DNA of 63,829 nucleotides, counting the filler, from Octopus bimaculoides (Eukaryota), in assembly GCF_001194135.2 (NCBI RefSeq). It is 5 parts of 5 records of this genome, joined end to end, with 100 filler letters (N's around TTAATTAATTAA, not from the genome) between each part and the next. Parts side by side here need not be neighbours in the genome. Positions count along the whole stretch, not along the records: positions 22,426 to 45,201 come from NC_069002.1; positions 45,302 to 48,839 come from NW_026316324.1; positions 48,940 to 56,874 come from NC_068996.1; 2 more parts are not named here. One strand, 5' to 3'. Shown here one piece after another: positions 38,113 to 51,415 of this stretch. The notes below the pieces were generated by a model. That model was not told where the DNA came from. It worked only from the letters and a program-made list of their open reading frames with translations, and did not search any database. A program made the position numbers and the translations under genes. Position 1 is the stretch's first letter; each line of letters begins with the position of its first letter.

Positions 38113-38924
38113 CGGAGTGGTTGGCGTTAGGAAAGGCATCCAGCTGTAGAAACTCTGCCAAATCAGATTGGAGCCTGGTGTAGCCATCTGGTTCACCAGT
38201 CCTCAGTCAAATCGTCCAACCCATGCTATCATGGAAGGTGGGCGTCAAACTATGATGATATATATATATACAAGAAATTTGGAATTGTGTAAATGTATGA
38301 ATTGTATACACACACACTCACAAACTCAGCTATATATTTATAGATATATATATATATATATCTTGTTGCTATTATGTTGTAAGTCAGAAACATTGCTTTT
38401 TCAGAAAGGGAAAAAATAATTTCACCATTCCGTAGCAAAACCATTATACTACACTTTGACAATTTTTGATATCTTGGCATCTGAAGCAGCTGGAGATACG
38501 ATAGTTTGACCAAAAGAATTGGTTATTGGAAGCAAAATTAAATATTGAAAAATATGCATTTGCCCAAATTTGGACATACGACAGTTTAATATAATAGCAA
38601 TGATATGTATTTATAAGATTACATTAACTTTCTCTTTTTCTTTCTCCTTTCAGATTACCACTACAGTTTTAGTATGGCCGTCTCAACGTCTACCAATGGA
38701 GACCATTGACTCTGTAAATCTTCTCTCTACACTCGTGTTTCCTTGCAGTACTGTTGTCCATTGTTCGCAGACAACAGTACATCTTTCTCTCAGCTCTCTG
38801 CCATCTCTTTGCTGGCATATTGACAAACATAACTTATGAAAAAATAAAGAAAAAAAAAATTAATAAAAAAAAACAACAACACAAAAAAAACTGACATGGT
38901 TGTGAAGAGGAAACATTTTCTGCC

Positions 38925-39515
38925 ATGGTTATAAAGATGAGAGCTGCCCCGGGGCGATCTTCTATTTCAATGAGATTTCGTCCCCGGCGGATGCTGCGTG
39001 TTCTACTGTTTGTCATCATCATTCTCTTTGTGATTGTTAACATGCATGTACTTAATAACGTACAGCCTGGGAGCCCTGGAATGCTCGATGGTAGCATGAT
39101 TGGACCAGGGATGAATTTACAGAATGGACATGTCCAAGCTTGGAGCCATTTACATTTCAGCAATGGATCCGTATATTGGTCAAGTCGAACCGGGTTGCTA
39201 ATCCCACCAATGTCATTAAACGCTACACTGCTAACCAATATGACTTTTGACGTGAGTAATTTGACTCTAGCCAAGGCAGTCATTCAGAACATAAATCGTG
39301 AGCAATATATTCACAATTTGGACAAATTTGGACTTCATTTACATGCTGATAGTGTTGTAATAGTTATACAAGCTCACGACAGAGCTGAGTACCTGAAAAT
39401 GCTTTTGGATTCTTTACGCAATGTTCGGAATATTCACCAAGCCTTACTCATCATTAGCCATGATATTTACTCTAAGGAACTTAACAACCTTGTCCTCACA
39501 ATAGACTTTTGCCCT
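38925..39515 (+). CDS. MGAT2: Alpha-1,6-mannosyl-glycoprotein 2-beta-N-acetylglucosaminyltransferase (GlcNAc-TII), first coding exon
   Basis: Type II membrane N-terminus MRFRPRRMLRVLLFVIIILFVIV; VIVIQAHDRAEYLKMLLDSL...LLIISHD...IDFCP matches MGAT2; gtaagt donor at 39516; exon acceptor at 38652-38653; start could be 38925, 38937 or 38970. Confidence 0.92.
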
Positions 39516-40149
39516 GTAAGTATTAGCTTTCAATGTTTCCTCTTTACGATGTTCTATTTTTATGATGTTTTGTCCTCGTTTTTGCAGTAAATAATTTTTA
39601 TCAGGACTTTGGAATTGCCTTTTGTTATTAATGATATGCCCATACCGTTCTTGTTGAACTCACTTATCATTCTAAATTCCATCCAGTTTAAATGCCTCTA
39701 TAGAAATCATACATTGCATACATTTCTGCTTTTACTAATTGTCAAAGATTTATCTTTAATAAAAAAGATATGACTGTAGCGGCCATGTACTGTGATCTAT
39801 ATAATAACATACAACTCTCCCTGTATTATTATTATCAATATTACTATTATTATTATTATTATTATTATCATTATTATCAAGTTGCTGAGCTGGCAGAAGC
39901 GTTAGCACACTGGGCGAAATACTTACCGGTATTTCATCTGTCCCACCAAATTTCAAGCCTAGTAGAAAGGATTAGTATTATTAATATAGTGAGTTCTGAG
40001 TTCAAATTCTACCAAAGTCAACTTTGTCTTTCATCCTTTTGGGGTTGATGAAATAAGTACGTTTCAGACCTTGTGCTTGTAGTAGAAAGGATTATTATTA
40101 TTATTGTTATTATCAGAGCTGGTTGGTACCAGAGTATTCAGCATGTTAG

Positions 40150-40345
40150 GTCAGCTCTATAATATACTCCACCTTCTCCCAGCGCCACAATATGTGCCCC
40201 ACTTCTCTTCATTGTACACCCCACTTCTCCTAGCCCTTAGCATGTGCCCCTTTTCTCTCAGCCAATACAATGTCCACCCCCTCTTTCTCTCACATGCACC
40301 CTCTTTCCTCAGCCTTACAATATTTGCCTCTTCTCAAATTTTCTT
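40150..40345. repeat. Degenerate pyrimidine-rich minisatellite (about 25-30 bp)
   Basis: Reiterated cagcc..caat/atgtgccc/cacttctct units. Confidence 0.55.
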
Positions 40346-41289
40346 TCCCAACATCGTCCAGGCATTCACCCTCATTACATCAGCTGATAAATGAATCTCC
40401 TCAAAAATGATAATTAACTTCCAATTAAGAACTCTAGTTTAACCCTTAAACATTCAGATTAATCTGTTGAATGTAATTCTTATTTATTTAGATTGCTCTG
40501 AACTGACCACGCATTCTTTTGAAGCTTCGAGATTTTCATGATATGATTGTTATTTTTAGAATGACATTCTAGTATAAGTATGTGAGTTCGGGTTTGACCA
40601 GTTTGTGCATAAAATAGGGAAAATATTTTGACCGGATATGACCGATTTAAATGCTAAAGGGTTGATAATCAGTTCCATGACTGAGTAAATTTATTACTGG
40701 ACAAATACTGAAATCCTTCACAACAGTCATGTGACTGGTCATAACATAGTTACTCGAGTCAGCTATTCTCTGTCCACTAAAATTCATGGCTTTGTCATCA
40801 TCATCATCATTTAATGTCCATTTTCTATGCTAGCATGGGTTGGACAGTTTGACTGGAGCTGGTAAGACTAGGTGCCACACCAAGCTCCAATTGTCATGGT
40901 TTCTACAGCTGGATGCCCTTCCTAATATGCCAACCACTCTACAAAGTATGCTGGGTGCTTTTGATGTGGCACCAGCACTGATGCTTTTTATGTGGCACTA
41001 TCATTGACAGTGTCACAAAGTAACTTGCAAAACAAAAATGGCAGTCAGTGGATTGACAGAATTGTTAGAGCACAAACAAATGCTTACCAGTATTTATTCT
41101 GGCCCGTTACATTCTGAGTTCAAATTCCACTGAGGTCAACTTTACCGTTTATCCTTTCAGGGTTAGTAAAATAAAGTACCAGTCAAGTACTGGGGTCAGT
41201 GGAATCAACTTACCCTCTCAATGCCAACCATCTGTAATTGCTAAGCAAAAATAGCCCAGTAACATGTAACATGCTTTCACTAATTGATT

Positions 41290-41735
41290 TAGCATTCATG
41301 CTCGGTGGAACATGTTTGCAGGACAAAGGGTGACAGGCTCCCGAAAGAGGTGTTCTATCCTGAACTGTATCAGGGCAGGCAGAGTCATGGTGGCCAGAGG
41401 TTGTGATACAAAGCTGTGCTGAAGAGACATGTGAAGAACTCTCCAGCATCTCCTTCCAGACACCTGAGGGGAGACGGCACTGCTGCACAATGAATGGCAC
41501 CAATCGCTGAAGCTCATAATTCCAGCCAATGAGGAGAACAACAGAAAGGACACATGAGAGACATCACTTCTCTGTTGTATCAAGTAGTAGCTTCACCTGC
41601 AGCAGATGTCATCGCTGCTCTGCTGCAGATCAATAACAAGCCTTTGTAGCCTACATGTGAGCCTGCCGGAGATGATTACTCAACAAGAACAGTCAACATT
41701 GACCTACGACAAACAGCCAAAGAAGAAGAAGTATG
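41290..41735 (+). mobile_element. RTE-BovB-like LINE 3' fragment
   Basis: HVCRTKGDRLPKEVFYPELYQGRQSHGGQRL*YKAVLKRHVK, a decayed terminal C..C finger and a (gaa)n tail. Confidence 0.8.
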
Positions 41736-42949
41736 TGGTCACAGCCAGACTCAGAAACCTTCTTGCCCTTCACATCCTGTGGCAAGTGTCCCTTATTATT
41801 ATTAATGCCAGTGAGCTGTTAGAATCATTAGTGTGCTGGACCAAATGTTTAGCGGCATTTCGTCTGTCTTCACGTCCTGAGTTCAAATTCCACTGAGGTT
41901 GACTTTGCCTTTTGTATTTCGGGGTCAGTGAATTAGTTATTAGTCAAGCACTGGGGTCAATGTAATCAGCTAGCCCCTTCCCACAAAATTTCAGGCCCTG
42001 TGTGTATAGTAAAAAGGATTATTGTTGTTGTTATGAGTACTACGTTTCACACAGATCATGTGACAAGGTTTAGAAACAAATCTCCAATCTCAAGAACCAA
42101 TCAAAGGGTTCTTGCAGGATGAACGATGCCAAATGAATGAATTTATCATCATCATCATCATTGTTTAACATCCATCTTCCATGCTGGTGTGGGTTAGACA
42201 GTTTGATTGAGGGCTGGCAAGCCAGAAGGCTGCGCCAGACTTCTGTGTCTGTTTTGGCATGGTTTGTATGGTTGCATGCCCTTCCTAACACCAACCACCC
42301 TGCAGAAAGGACTGAGTGCTTTTTACCTGGCACCAGCACAAGCAAGGTCAGTTTTGGCATGGTTTTTACAGCTGGATGCCCTTCCAAACACTCACCACTT
42401 TACAGTGTGGACTGGATGCTGATGGAAACTGTGAGAAGCCCGTGTGTGTGTTTGTTTTTGTCACCCCACCACTTTATAACCAGTGTTAGCATGTTTACAT
42501 CCCTGCAACTTTAGCAGTTCCACAAGAAAGACCAAGAGAATACTTTAAAAGACAAAATTTATACTAGAGTCACTTGACTAACCCTACAAGATGGTGCTCC
42601 AGCATGGCCACAGCAACAAGTAAAAGCGTATGCATCATTTGGAGCACTGTTTCCAAGTTAATATTCCTATCTTTTATTCTCTTCCCCTTGCATAATGTAT
42701 CTTGGATTACATTATCCAAAAGTCCTTCCTTTTTTCTTAAGATGTTTGGATATGATTTGAGGGAGATTTGGCTGCTATTTCAAGAAGCTCAAGCTGATGT
42801 CTATAGACTCCTTTCATTGATGTTAGAAATCTTTCTGAAGACATCAAACTGAAATAATAAAAACTGGGGTAGATTACTTTCTTTGTTTGTTTTTAACGTG
42901 TTGTTTTGTAAGTTAAGAGGGTGGCGGGCATGAAGGTGAGAAGAGATGG

Positions 42950-43390
42950 TGAAGGGAGTGTGCGTGAGAGAGAGAGAGAGAGTATATGGGAGTGTGTGAG
43001 GGAGAAAGTGTGTATGTGTGTGTGTGAGAAAGAGAGAGAGAGAGAAGGAGAGAAAAAGTGTATGTGCAAGAGAGAAAAGGTGTAGGTGTGTGAGAGAGGG
43101 AGAGTGTATGTGTGAGAGACAGAGAAGAAGAGAGAGTGAGAAAGTGTATGTGAGTGTGTGAGGGAGAAAGTGTGTATGTGTGTGTGAGAGAGAGAAAGAG
43201 AGAGAAAAAAGTGTGTATGCAAGAGAGGAAAGGTGTGGGTGTGTGAGAGAGTGAGTGTGTGTTAGAGAGAGAGAGAGAGAATGGGTGTGTTTGTGTGTGT
43301 GTGTGTATGGTATTGTTCAGAATCATTTGTTGTCAAAGAAAATTGACAATTTTAATTAACAGGCAGGAGAGAGAGAGAGAGAGAGAGAGA
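42950..43390. repeat. Compound (AG)/(GT) microsatellite with an internal duplication of about 160 bp
   Basis: gagtgtgtgagggagaaagtgtgtatgtg...gagaaaaagtg..tgcaagaga block occurs at about 42990 and 43152. Confidence 0.8.
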
Positions 43391-44199
43391 ATGAAAAATA
43401 AGAAGAGAAAAAGACAAGGATAAAAAGAGAAAGAAAAAAAAAAGCACAGACAAGTAATTTCAGTCTGTAGAATTTTCCAGTTAATGCATGACATTCCGTG
43501 TTAATGGGATCTGGTTTTGGTAAAGCCAGGCTTGTAGTTAGTCCCAGCAACCTATTCACGAATGGGGGCGTGTACAGGTGGCTCTGTCAACATTTACAAA
43601 TGAATGGTTACTAAAGGAAACCACCTCCAGCAACAACACCACCAACAACAACAACAACACTACCACCCATAGCAATAAACACGTTTCTGTTTTTTGATTG
43701 AATGTAACTAAAATTAGGTCTTTTGGTGGTGGTGGTGGTGGCGGCAGCTGTTGTTGTTCTGTGATACATCTGAGTCTTGTTTCACTTCTTTGGTCCATTG
43801 ATCAAGTGGAATTCTATACAAAGCAAATAAATAAAATAAAACAAAATAAACCAAGTCGTCAGAATAAAAAGTTTCCTTCTCAGTAATCACTGACCTCCAC
43901 ATTTTCATCTCTGCTTTAAAGACAGTTGTTTTCTTGTGGAAACCAAAATGCACAGCTTTATAACACAAATTAATTTTTTACATTGCTTCAAGGTTATTTA
44001 TTATATTATATTTTTAGATTTAGTCATTTGTTTGTTATTACTTTCATTTTATTTTTTTTTATCTAACTCAGTAGTTCTCGACTATTTTTTTGTCTGTGGA
44101 CCTTTTTGATTCTTATTCTCCTCAATTGGGCCCCAATGGCCAATTGAAGTTTTTAAAAATCCCATTATATTTCTATAATTAAATGTTATTGTGAATTCT

Positions 44200-44287
44200 T
44201 TGACCCTTTAGCATTCAGGTTCTTTTGTCAAGTATAATGTTTATATTTAAATTGGTTTGAAATAATCATGCATTATGTTACTGCTTC

Positions 44288-44321
<34 letters not shown>

Positions 44322-44835
44322 TATTTTAATGTCCATTGTCCATGCCAGCACAGGATGGATAATTTGACCAGGGCTGGCAAGCTGGAGGGCTGTGCCAGAC
44401 TCCAGTCTGATTTAGCATGGTTTCTACAGCTGAATGCCCTTCTTTATGCCGACCTCTCCAAGAGTGTAATGGGTGCTTTTACATGCCACTGGCACAGGTG
44501 CCATCTGTGTGATACCAGTAAATTCCACATTTCACTTGGCTTGATGGGTTTTCTTCTTAAGCATAGCATAATACCAAAGGTTAAACTTTAAAAAATATTT
44601 TTTAAATGACATTGTATGGTAGGTGTGAGAAGCAGGATCTGGCCAGTTTGAACATAAAACATGTGGAATATTTAGGATTGATATGGCTGGTTTAAATGCT
44701 AAACAGTTAAAAAAATTATTCAAACATTTTATGTATTGTAGAAATATAACAAGTTTATTGCACATAATTTTTAACAACAAAATCTTATGCGAACCCCAAA
44801 AGGTCATCTGGACCCAGGTTGAGAACCACTGGTCT
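44200..44835. mobile_element. Nested repeats: family C SINE inside a piggyBac-type MITE, beside a hAT TIR
   Basis: MITE halves 44200-44290 and 44590-44710 split by SINE 44290-44585; gacccaggttgagaaccactg at about 44811-44831. Confidence 0.7.
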
Positions 44836-45301
44836 AATTCATACTAACATGGGTTAGGTAATTCTCAACCACTGTGTGGCACCTTAGGCAAGTGACTTCT
44901 ACTATAGCTTGTGGATTTGGTAGGCAGAAACTGAAAGAAGCTTGTCATGTGTGTGTGTTTGTCCCTCCCTCCCCCAATCACTGTTTGACAACCGGTGTTG
45001 GTGTGTTTATGTCCCCATAACTTAGCGGTTCGTCAAATGAGAGTGATAAAATAAGTACTAGCCTTGGCTATGTCAAGATGTTTTTTTTTTTTTTGTATTC
45101 TTCTTTCCCATTTAGATTGTTTTAAATGTTGTCATAACAGTAATATGTCCAAAGACCGTTATATTCACTTCAGCATTTAAATTTAATTTGTCAAAATATT
45201 TNNNNNNNNNNNNNNNNNNNNNNNNNNNNNNNNNNNNNNNNNNNNTTAATTAATTAANNNNNNNNNNNNNNNNNNNNNNNNNNNNNNNNNNNNNNNNNNN
45301 N

Positions 45302-45397
<96 letters not shown>

Positions 45398-45864
45398 CGT
45401 GCGTGTCTTCGTGTTTTACCAACTGCGACGCCGTTTGACAACCGGTGTCCACTTGTTTATGCCTCCGTACCTGAGCGACACAGCATGACTTATAGAACAA
45501 GTACCACAACTAAGTTTCAAATATAACCAGTGCTAAGATCCATCTGTTCGACTAAGAATCCTTGAAGTCAGTACTACAGCATGGCCGCATTCCATTAAAA
45601 GAAACAAGTGGAAAAATCACACACACACATAAAGACATACATACATTCATATATAAATACACACATACAAACCTCCGTTATAGCTATGTAACTGAATTTT
45701 GTAAACTGAATTACGCCTGCTTGCTTGCGTGTAAACGTGTGTATATATGTATATATATTCGTGATTTTATTCATGTGTGTATAAGCTGAAACATTATTAA
45801 CCTGTATATATGTTTATAGGTATACGCAAGCAAACACACGTACACACGTGTATATGCATGTATG

Positions 45865-45903
<39 letters not shown>

Positions 45904-48395
45904 ATATATAAACAATAAATGAGTATATGCATATATATGTACATGTATGTATATACGTTCATTTACATGTACATATAGATACATTACTGCGTACATGACG
46001 TGTCAAAGAACAAGGACAAAATGGTAAACAAGGTGCAACAAACAAGCAAGCCANNNNNNNNNNNNNNNNNNNNNNNNNNNNNNNNNNNNNNNNNNNNNNN
46101 NNNNNNNNNNNNNNNNNNNNNNNNNNNNNNNNNNNNNNNNNNNNNNNNNNNNNNNNNNNNNNNNNNNNNNNNNNNNNNNNNNNNNNNNNNNNNNNNNNNN
46201 NNNNNNNNNNNNNNNNNNNNNNNNNNNNNNNNNNNNNNNNNNNNNNNNNNNNNNNNNNNNNNNNNNNNNNNNNNNNNNNNNNNNNNNNNNNNNNNNNNNN
46301 NNNNNNNNNNNNNNNNNNNNNNNNNNNNNNNNNNNNNNNNNNNNNNNNNNNNNNNNNNNNNNNNNNNNNNNNNNNNNNNNNNNNNNNNNNNNNNNNNNNN
46401 NNNNNNNNNNNNNNNNNNNNNNNNNNNNNNNNNNNNNNNNNNNNNNNNNNNNNNNNNNNNNNNNNNNNNNNNNNNNNNNNNNNNNNNNNNNNNNNNNNNN
46501 NNNNNNNNNNNNNNNNNNNNNNNNNNNNNNNNNNNNNNNNNNNNNNNNNNNNNNNNNNNNNNNNNNNNNNNNNNNNNNNNNNNNNNNNNNNNNNNNNNNN
46601 NNNNNNNNNNNNNNNNNNNNNNNNNNNNNNNNNNNNNNNNNNNNNNNNNNNNNNNNNNNNNNNNNNNNNNNNNNNNNNNNNNNNNNNNNNNNNNNNNNNN
46701 NNNNNNNNNNNNNNNNNNNNNNNNNNNNNNNNNNNNNNNNNNNNNNNNNNNNNNNNNNNNNNNNNNNNNNNNNNNNNNNNNNNNNNNNNNNNNNNNNNNN
46801 NNNNNNNNNNNNNNNNNNNNNNNNNNNNNNNNNAGGCCACATAGAAACATCCCCTTCATCAGCAGCCACCATTAAAACTCCGGTGTTTCGAAGAATCAAG
46901 GCAGTACGCATCGTTAATGCATATATATACAAACACACACACATATATATAATGAATGTGTATAAAAGAATGTGTGTGTATGAATAAACATACATCATTG
47001 ACGCTGGGTATTAATGATTACGTATATAAATGTTACCTATATCTTTGCTTATGTATATAGATACTGCTTCCTTCATGTATGTGTGTGTGTGTGTGCACAT
47101 GCTTGTGTGTGTGGGCGCGCGCGCGCTCTTGCAGGGAAATAGTCAACTTCATTTATAACCTCATATGTGTACGCATGCGTAAAATCGGTGAATGACCGGT
47201 AGCAAGACGTTTAATGTACTTGGGCGTTAACCAGGCTTTCGCTATTTTCCTTTCTAATGTTGTTTGACAGCCTATGTTCTGTGAAGTAACGTACATGTAT
47301 GCGCGCGCGCATGTGTGTGTATGTGTGTACATTGATAAATATTTATGTGTATATATATATTTGTGATATTTGTGTCTGTGTTATATATATATATATATAT
47401 ATATATNNNNNNNNNNNNNNNNNNNNNNNNNNNNNNNNNNNNNNNNNNNNNNNNNNNNNNNNNNNNNNNNNNNNNNNNNNNNNNNNNNNNNNNNNNNNNN
47501 NNNNNNNNNNNNNNNNNNNNNNNNNNNNNNNNNNNNNNNNNNNNNNNNNNNNNNNNNNNNNNNNNNNNNNNNNNNNNNNNNNNNNNNNNNNNNNNNNNNN
47601 NNNNNNNNNNNNNNNNNNNNNNNNNNNNNNNNNNNNNNNNNNNNNNNNNNNNNNNNNNNNNNNNNNNNNNNNNNNNNNNNNNNNNNNNNNNNNNNNNNNN
47701 NNNNNNNNNNNNNNNNNNNNNNNNNNNNNNNNNNNNNNNNNNNNNNNNNNNNNNNNNNNNNNNNNNNNNNNNNNNNNNNNNNNNNNNNNNNNNNNNNNNN
47801 NNNNNNNNNNNNNNNNNNNNNNNNNNNNNNNNNNNNNNNNNNNNNNNNNNNNNNNNNNNNNNNNNNNNNNNNNNNNNNNNNNNNNNNNNNNNNNNNNNNN
47901 NNNNNNNNNNNNNNNNNNNNNNNNNNNNNNNNNNNNNNNNNNNNNNNNNNNNNNNNNNNNNNNNNNNNNNNNNNNNNNNNNNNNNNNNNNNNNNNNNNNN
48001 NNNNNNNNNNNNNNNNNNNNNNNNNNNNNNNNNNNNNNNNNNNNNNNNNNNNNNNNNNNNNNNNNNNNNNNNNNNNNNNNNNNNNNNNNNNNNNNNNNNN
48101 NNNNNNNNNNNNNNNNNNNNNNNNNNNNNNNNNNNNNNNNNNNNNNNNNNNNNNNNNNNNNNNNNNNNNNNNNNNNNNNNNNNNNNNNNNNNNNNNNNNN
48201 NNNNNNNNNNNNNNNNNNNNNNNNNNNNNNNNNNNNNNNNNNNNNNNNNNNNNNNNNNNNNNNNNNNNNNNNNNNNNNNNNNNNNNNNNNNNNNNNNNNN
48301 NNNNNNNNNNNNNNNNNNNNNNNNNNNNNNNNNNNNNNNNNNNNNNNNNNNNNNNNNNNNNNNNNNNNNNNNNNNNNNNNNNNNNNNNNNNNNNN

Positions 48396-48430
<35 letters not shown>

Positions 48431-48949
48431 TACATATATACATATATACATAATGTTCGTGTGTCTGTGTTTGTCCCCACATCATCGCTTGACAACTGAT
48501 GCTTGTGTGTTTATGTCCCCGTAACTTAGCGGTTCTTCGGCAAACGGGACCTACAGAATAAGTACTAGGCTAACAAAGAATAAGTCCAGGGGTCGATTTG
48601 TTCGACTAAATGTAATGCTCCAGTATGGTCGCTCTGAAATGACTGAAACAAATAAAAGAATAAAAGAATACCTATCTACATACATCCAAACATACATATA
48701 TACATATATACGTACCTGCATACCTACCTACTTACATACATACAAACATACACACATTCATGCATACATGCATACATGCATACATACATGCATGCATACA
48801 CACATAGATACATACATATATACATAAATGCATGCATACNNNNNNNNNNNNNNNNNNNNNNNNNNNNNNNNNNNNNNNNNNNNTTAATTAATTAANNNNN
48901 NNNNNNNNNNNNNNNNNNNNNNNNNNNNNNNNNNNNNNNTATATATATA

Positions 48950-49100
48950 CAGTTCAAAACTACACAAGAAAATCTCCTACAAAAACGAGGTGAAAAACAA
49001 TAAACAAGGTGTATTAGTTTAACTCTAAGGATAAGTAGAAGAACTCTTTAATGTTTCGAGCGTAGGCTCTTTACAGAAAGAAAGCGGAGACAAAAAAGAT
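48950..49100 (-). repeat. Second copy of the hammerhead-like short repeat
   Basis: TCTTT-CTGTAAA-GAGC-CTAC-GCTC-GAAA-CAT-T-AAAGA; ends TTGAACT plus (TA)n like 18200-18340. Confidence 0.6.
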
Positions 49101-49606
49101 GGCGATAAAAAATATGGAGGGAATAAAACGTGTCTGAATTAACGCTTACTCCATGAGGCTACCAGACATGTGTGTGCAAGCGGGTGTGTGCAGGAAGCTA
49201 TTATGTGCGCGTATAATGTGTGCGACTAGCGTGTGTGTTCTTGTGTCCTTTTTATGTATGCATGTGTAAAAGGTAATCCCTCATATGTATGCATGTGTGT
49301 ATACACGCGTTTGTGTTTGTGTGATGGTATTGTGTGATTGTACATAGTGTATTTATGCGTGAATATTGTGTTTATGATTGTGTATGGGTTAGCGAGTGTA
49401 TATGACTCATATTTAAACATACATGTATGTATATACATATATATATTATATGCATATGTACTATATGCATTCATACATGTTGCTTCATTTTCGAAAATGA
49501 GTAAAACGAGGGAGAACTGATATGGCAAAGGACATTTTCCGAAGAGTACCACCTTCTCGGTTTTCTTCTCGATGTTTTTCATCCATCACCGATATACATC
49601 GGTGAA

Positions 49607-49699
<93 letters not shown>

Positions 49700-51079
49700 G
49701 AAACAGAAACAGCCTTTCTGACGGGCTCCAACACATTTTCTGGCTACTAAAATTTGACTCACACGCCTTTTGACATAACGAGATTGAAGCAACAGCCACA
49801 TTGTGAGATCAATCTCAAAACCACGTAGCTATCGAGCGAACTTCTTAAACTTATAACCATGTTTGTTGCCTGTGTCCACAAAAATCTTGCTAATGTGTTT
49901 GCATACATATTTGATGACGTTAGACAGCTGGTTCTGTTTTGCTTGTAAGTAGGATAGCTTGCAATTTATTTGCCTGCTATATGATTTCGTAGATACGTTT
50001 AACGTAGTGCCAATATAAGTTTGACAGATTCGTCTGACAGAATTTGTTAAATATTCTTGTGATAAGATCTTTTCCAAGATTTTATCATCCGTGCTCTTCG
50101 AAATTATGAGCACACCATTAGTGTATTGATTCAAAATAAATTTTCAAAAAACACTTTTCAGAGTGTTGAGTACAAATATGTCTAACAGTTCACAATCCCG
50201 CCCGCCTCAAACGACAATGGTAGCATCAAAGTTTGTATGCTTGCACTTTATTTATCCATGATGAGTCATCATTAGAAAGAAAATATATCCCAGCAAGTTA
50301 TTCTTAAATAATCTATAAATATTTAACCCTTTAGATTCAGATTACTCTGTCAAGTATAATGCTTTTTTATTCAAATTGGTTTGAATTAATCATGCAGTAT
50401 CTCGCTGCTTCAAGATTTCAATGATATGATAGTATATTTTTAGAATGACATTTTATGGTAGGTGTGAGAAACCGAATTTGATCGGTTTGAACATAAAACA
50501 TGTAGAATATATGGGCCAAATATGGCTGGTTTAAATGCTAAAGGGTTAAGCACATTGAGAAAGCATTTTGGAGCAGTTCCCAGCTTAGTTGAATTAGATA
50601 ATTCTGTATTTATTTTGGTATGAGTTTGTAATCCCTGTTATTATATTTAGACCTACACAGTTTTTATATCAGTGTGTAAGTGTGTATTAATAATGTTTGA
50701 AGAGTTCGCACGATCACATCATTAACAATACATTTACATGCGTACGTATATGTACACATGCGCACACATACACACGCAATACACAGGAATTAACAGGTCC
50801 AGAAAAAAGAAACAAAAAGTAAAATAAAAATTGACTTCTAGTGAAAATCAGGTTTGAAAATCAAACTTGATTGATTATGATATGTAGGGATGCTTACATT
50901 TCATACGTAAAGATAATTCGATTGAATGAAAGCCAGGACTTAGTCCAACTTAAAGCAGAAGGATTATAATATTTAACGTTGTAAACCACACATGATATTT
51001 CAAACTATCGATTGTTTTGGAGTTATGAGAGATGTGTGCATGTAATTTTTTTTTTCATACTACAATTTATTTGAACTCC

Positions 51080-51415
51080 TTCGATGCCACGACGCGTCGC
51101 AAGATTATGAGTTACCACTGATTAGATTTTGAATCGAGCCAACGACTCCACTCACAAAATAAGACGCGTCCTTTTTGTTATTTGTATGGCTCGGGGGTGC
51201 CAGATCAGACTGTCTGGCCGTGTCGCTCGATTGCCTTAGTTAGGACCTGATTACTGTGTTCTCTTCACTGAGAATCCGGCTGGGTTTATAGCACGCGTCG
51301 GTCAACAGCATACCACATGGTCACGACAGATGAGGAAGGTATCTCACAGACATGGGAACTGCTCGATTGGTCGCCTGGGAGGAACCGAGAATATAGCGAC
51401 AAATGGTGAGTGCAG
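51080..51415. promoter_or_regulatory. CpG-rich candidate promoter / first exon
   Basis: Three ACGCGT sites, ATTGG box 51366-51370, G/GTGAGT donor at 51406. Confidence 0.35.

Noticed and set aside
43460-43690. NGG...LC followed by AATAAA as the MGAT2 last exon
   Set aside because: No open frame from any nearby acceptor, and similarity to NGGWGDIRDH is too weak.
49829-50134. 101-aa ORF containing C..YIGTT (GIY-YIG-like)
   Set aside because: A single short motif with no other nuclease residues; not assignable.
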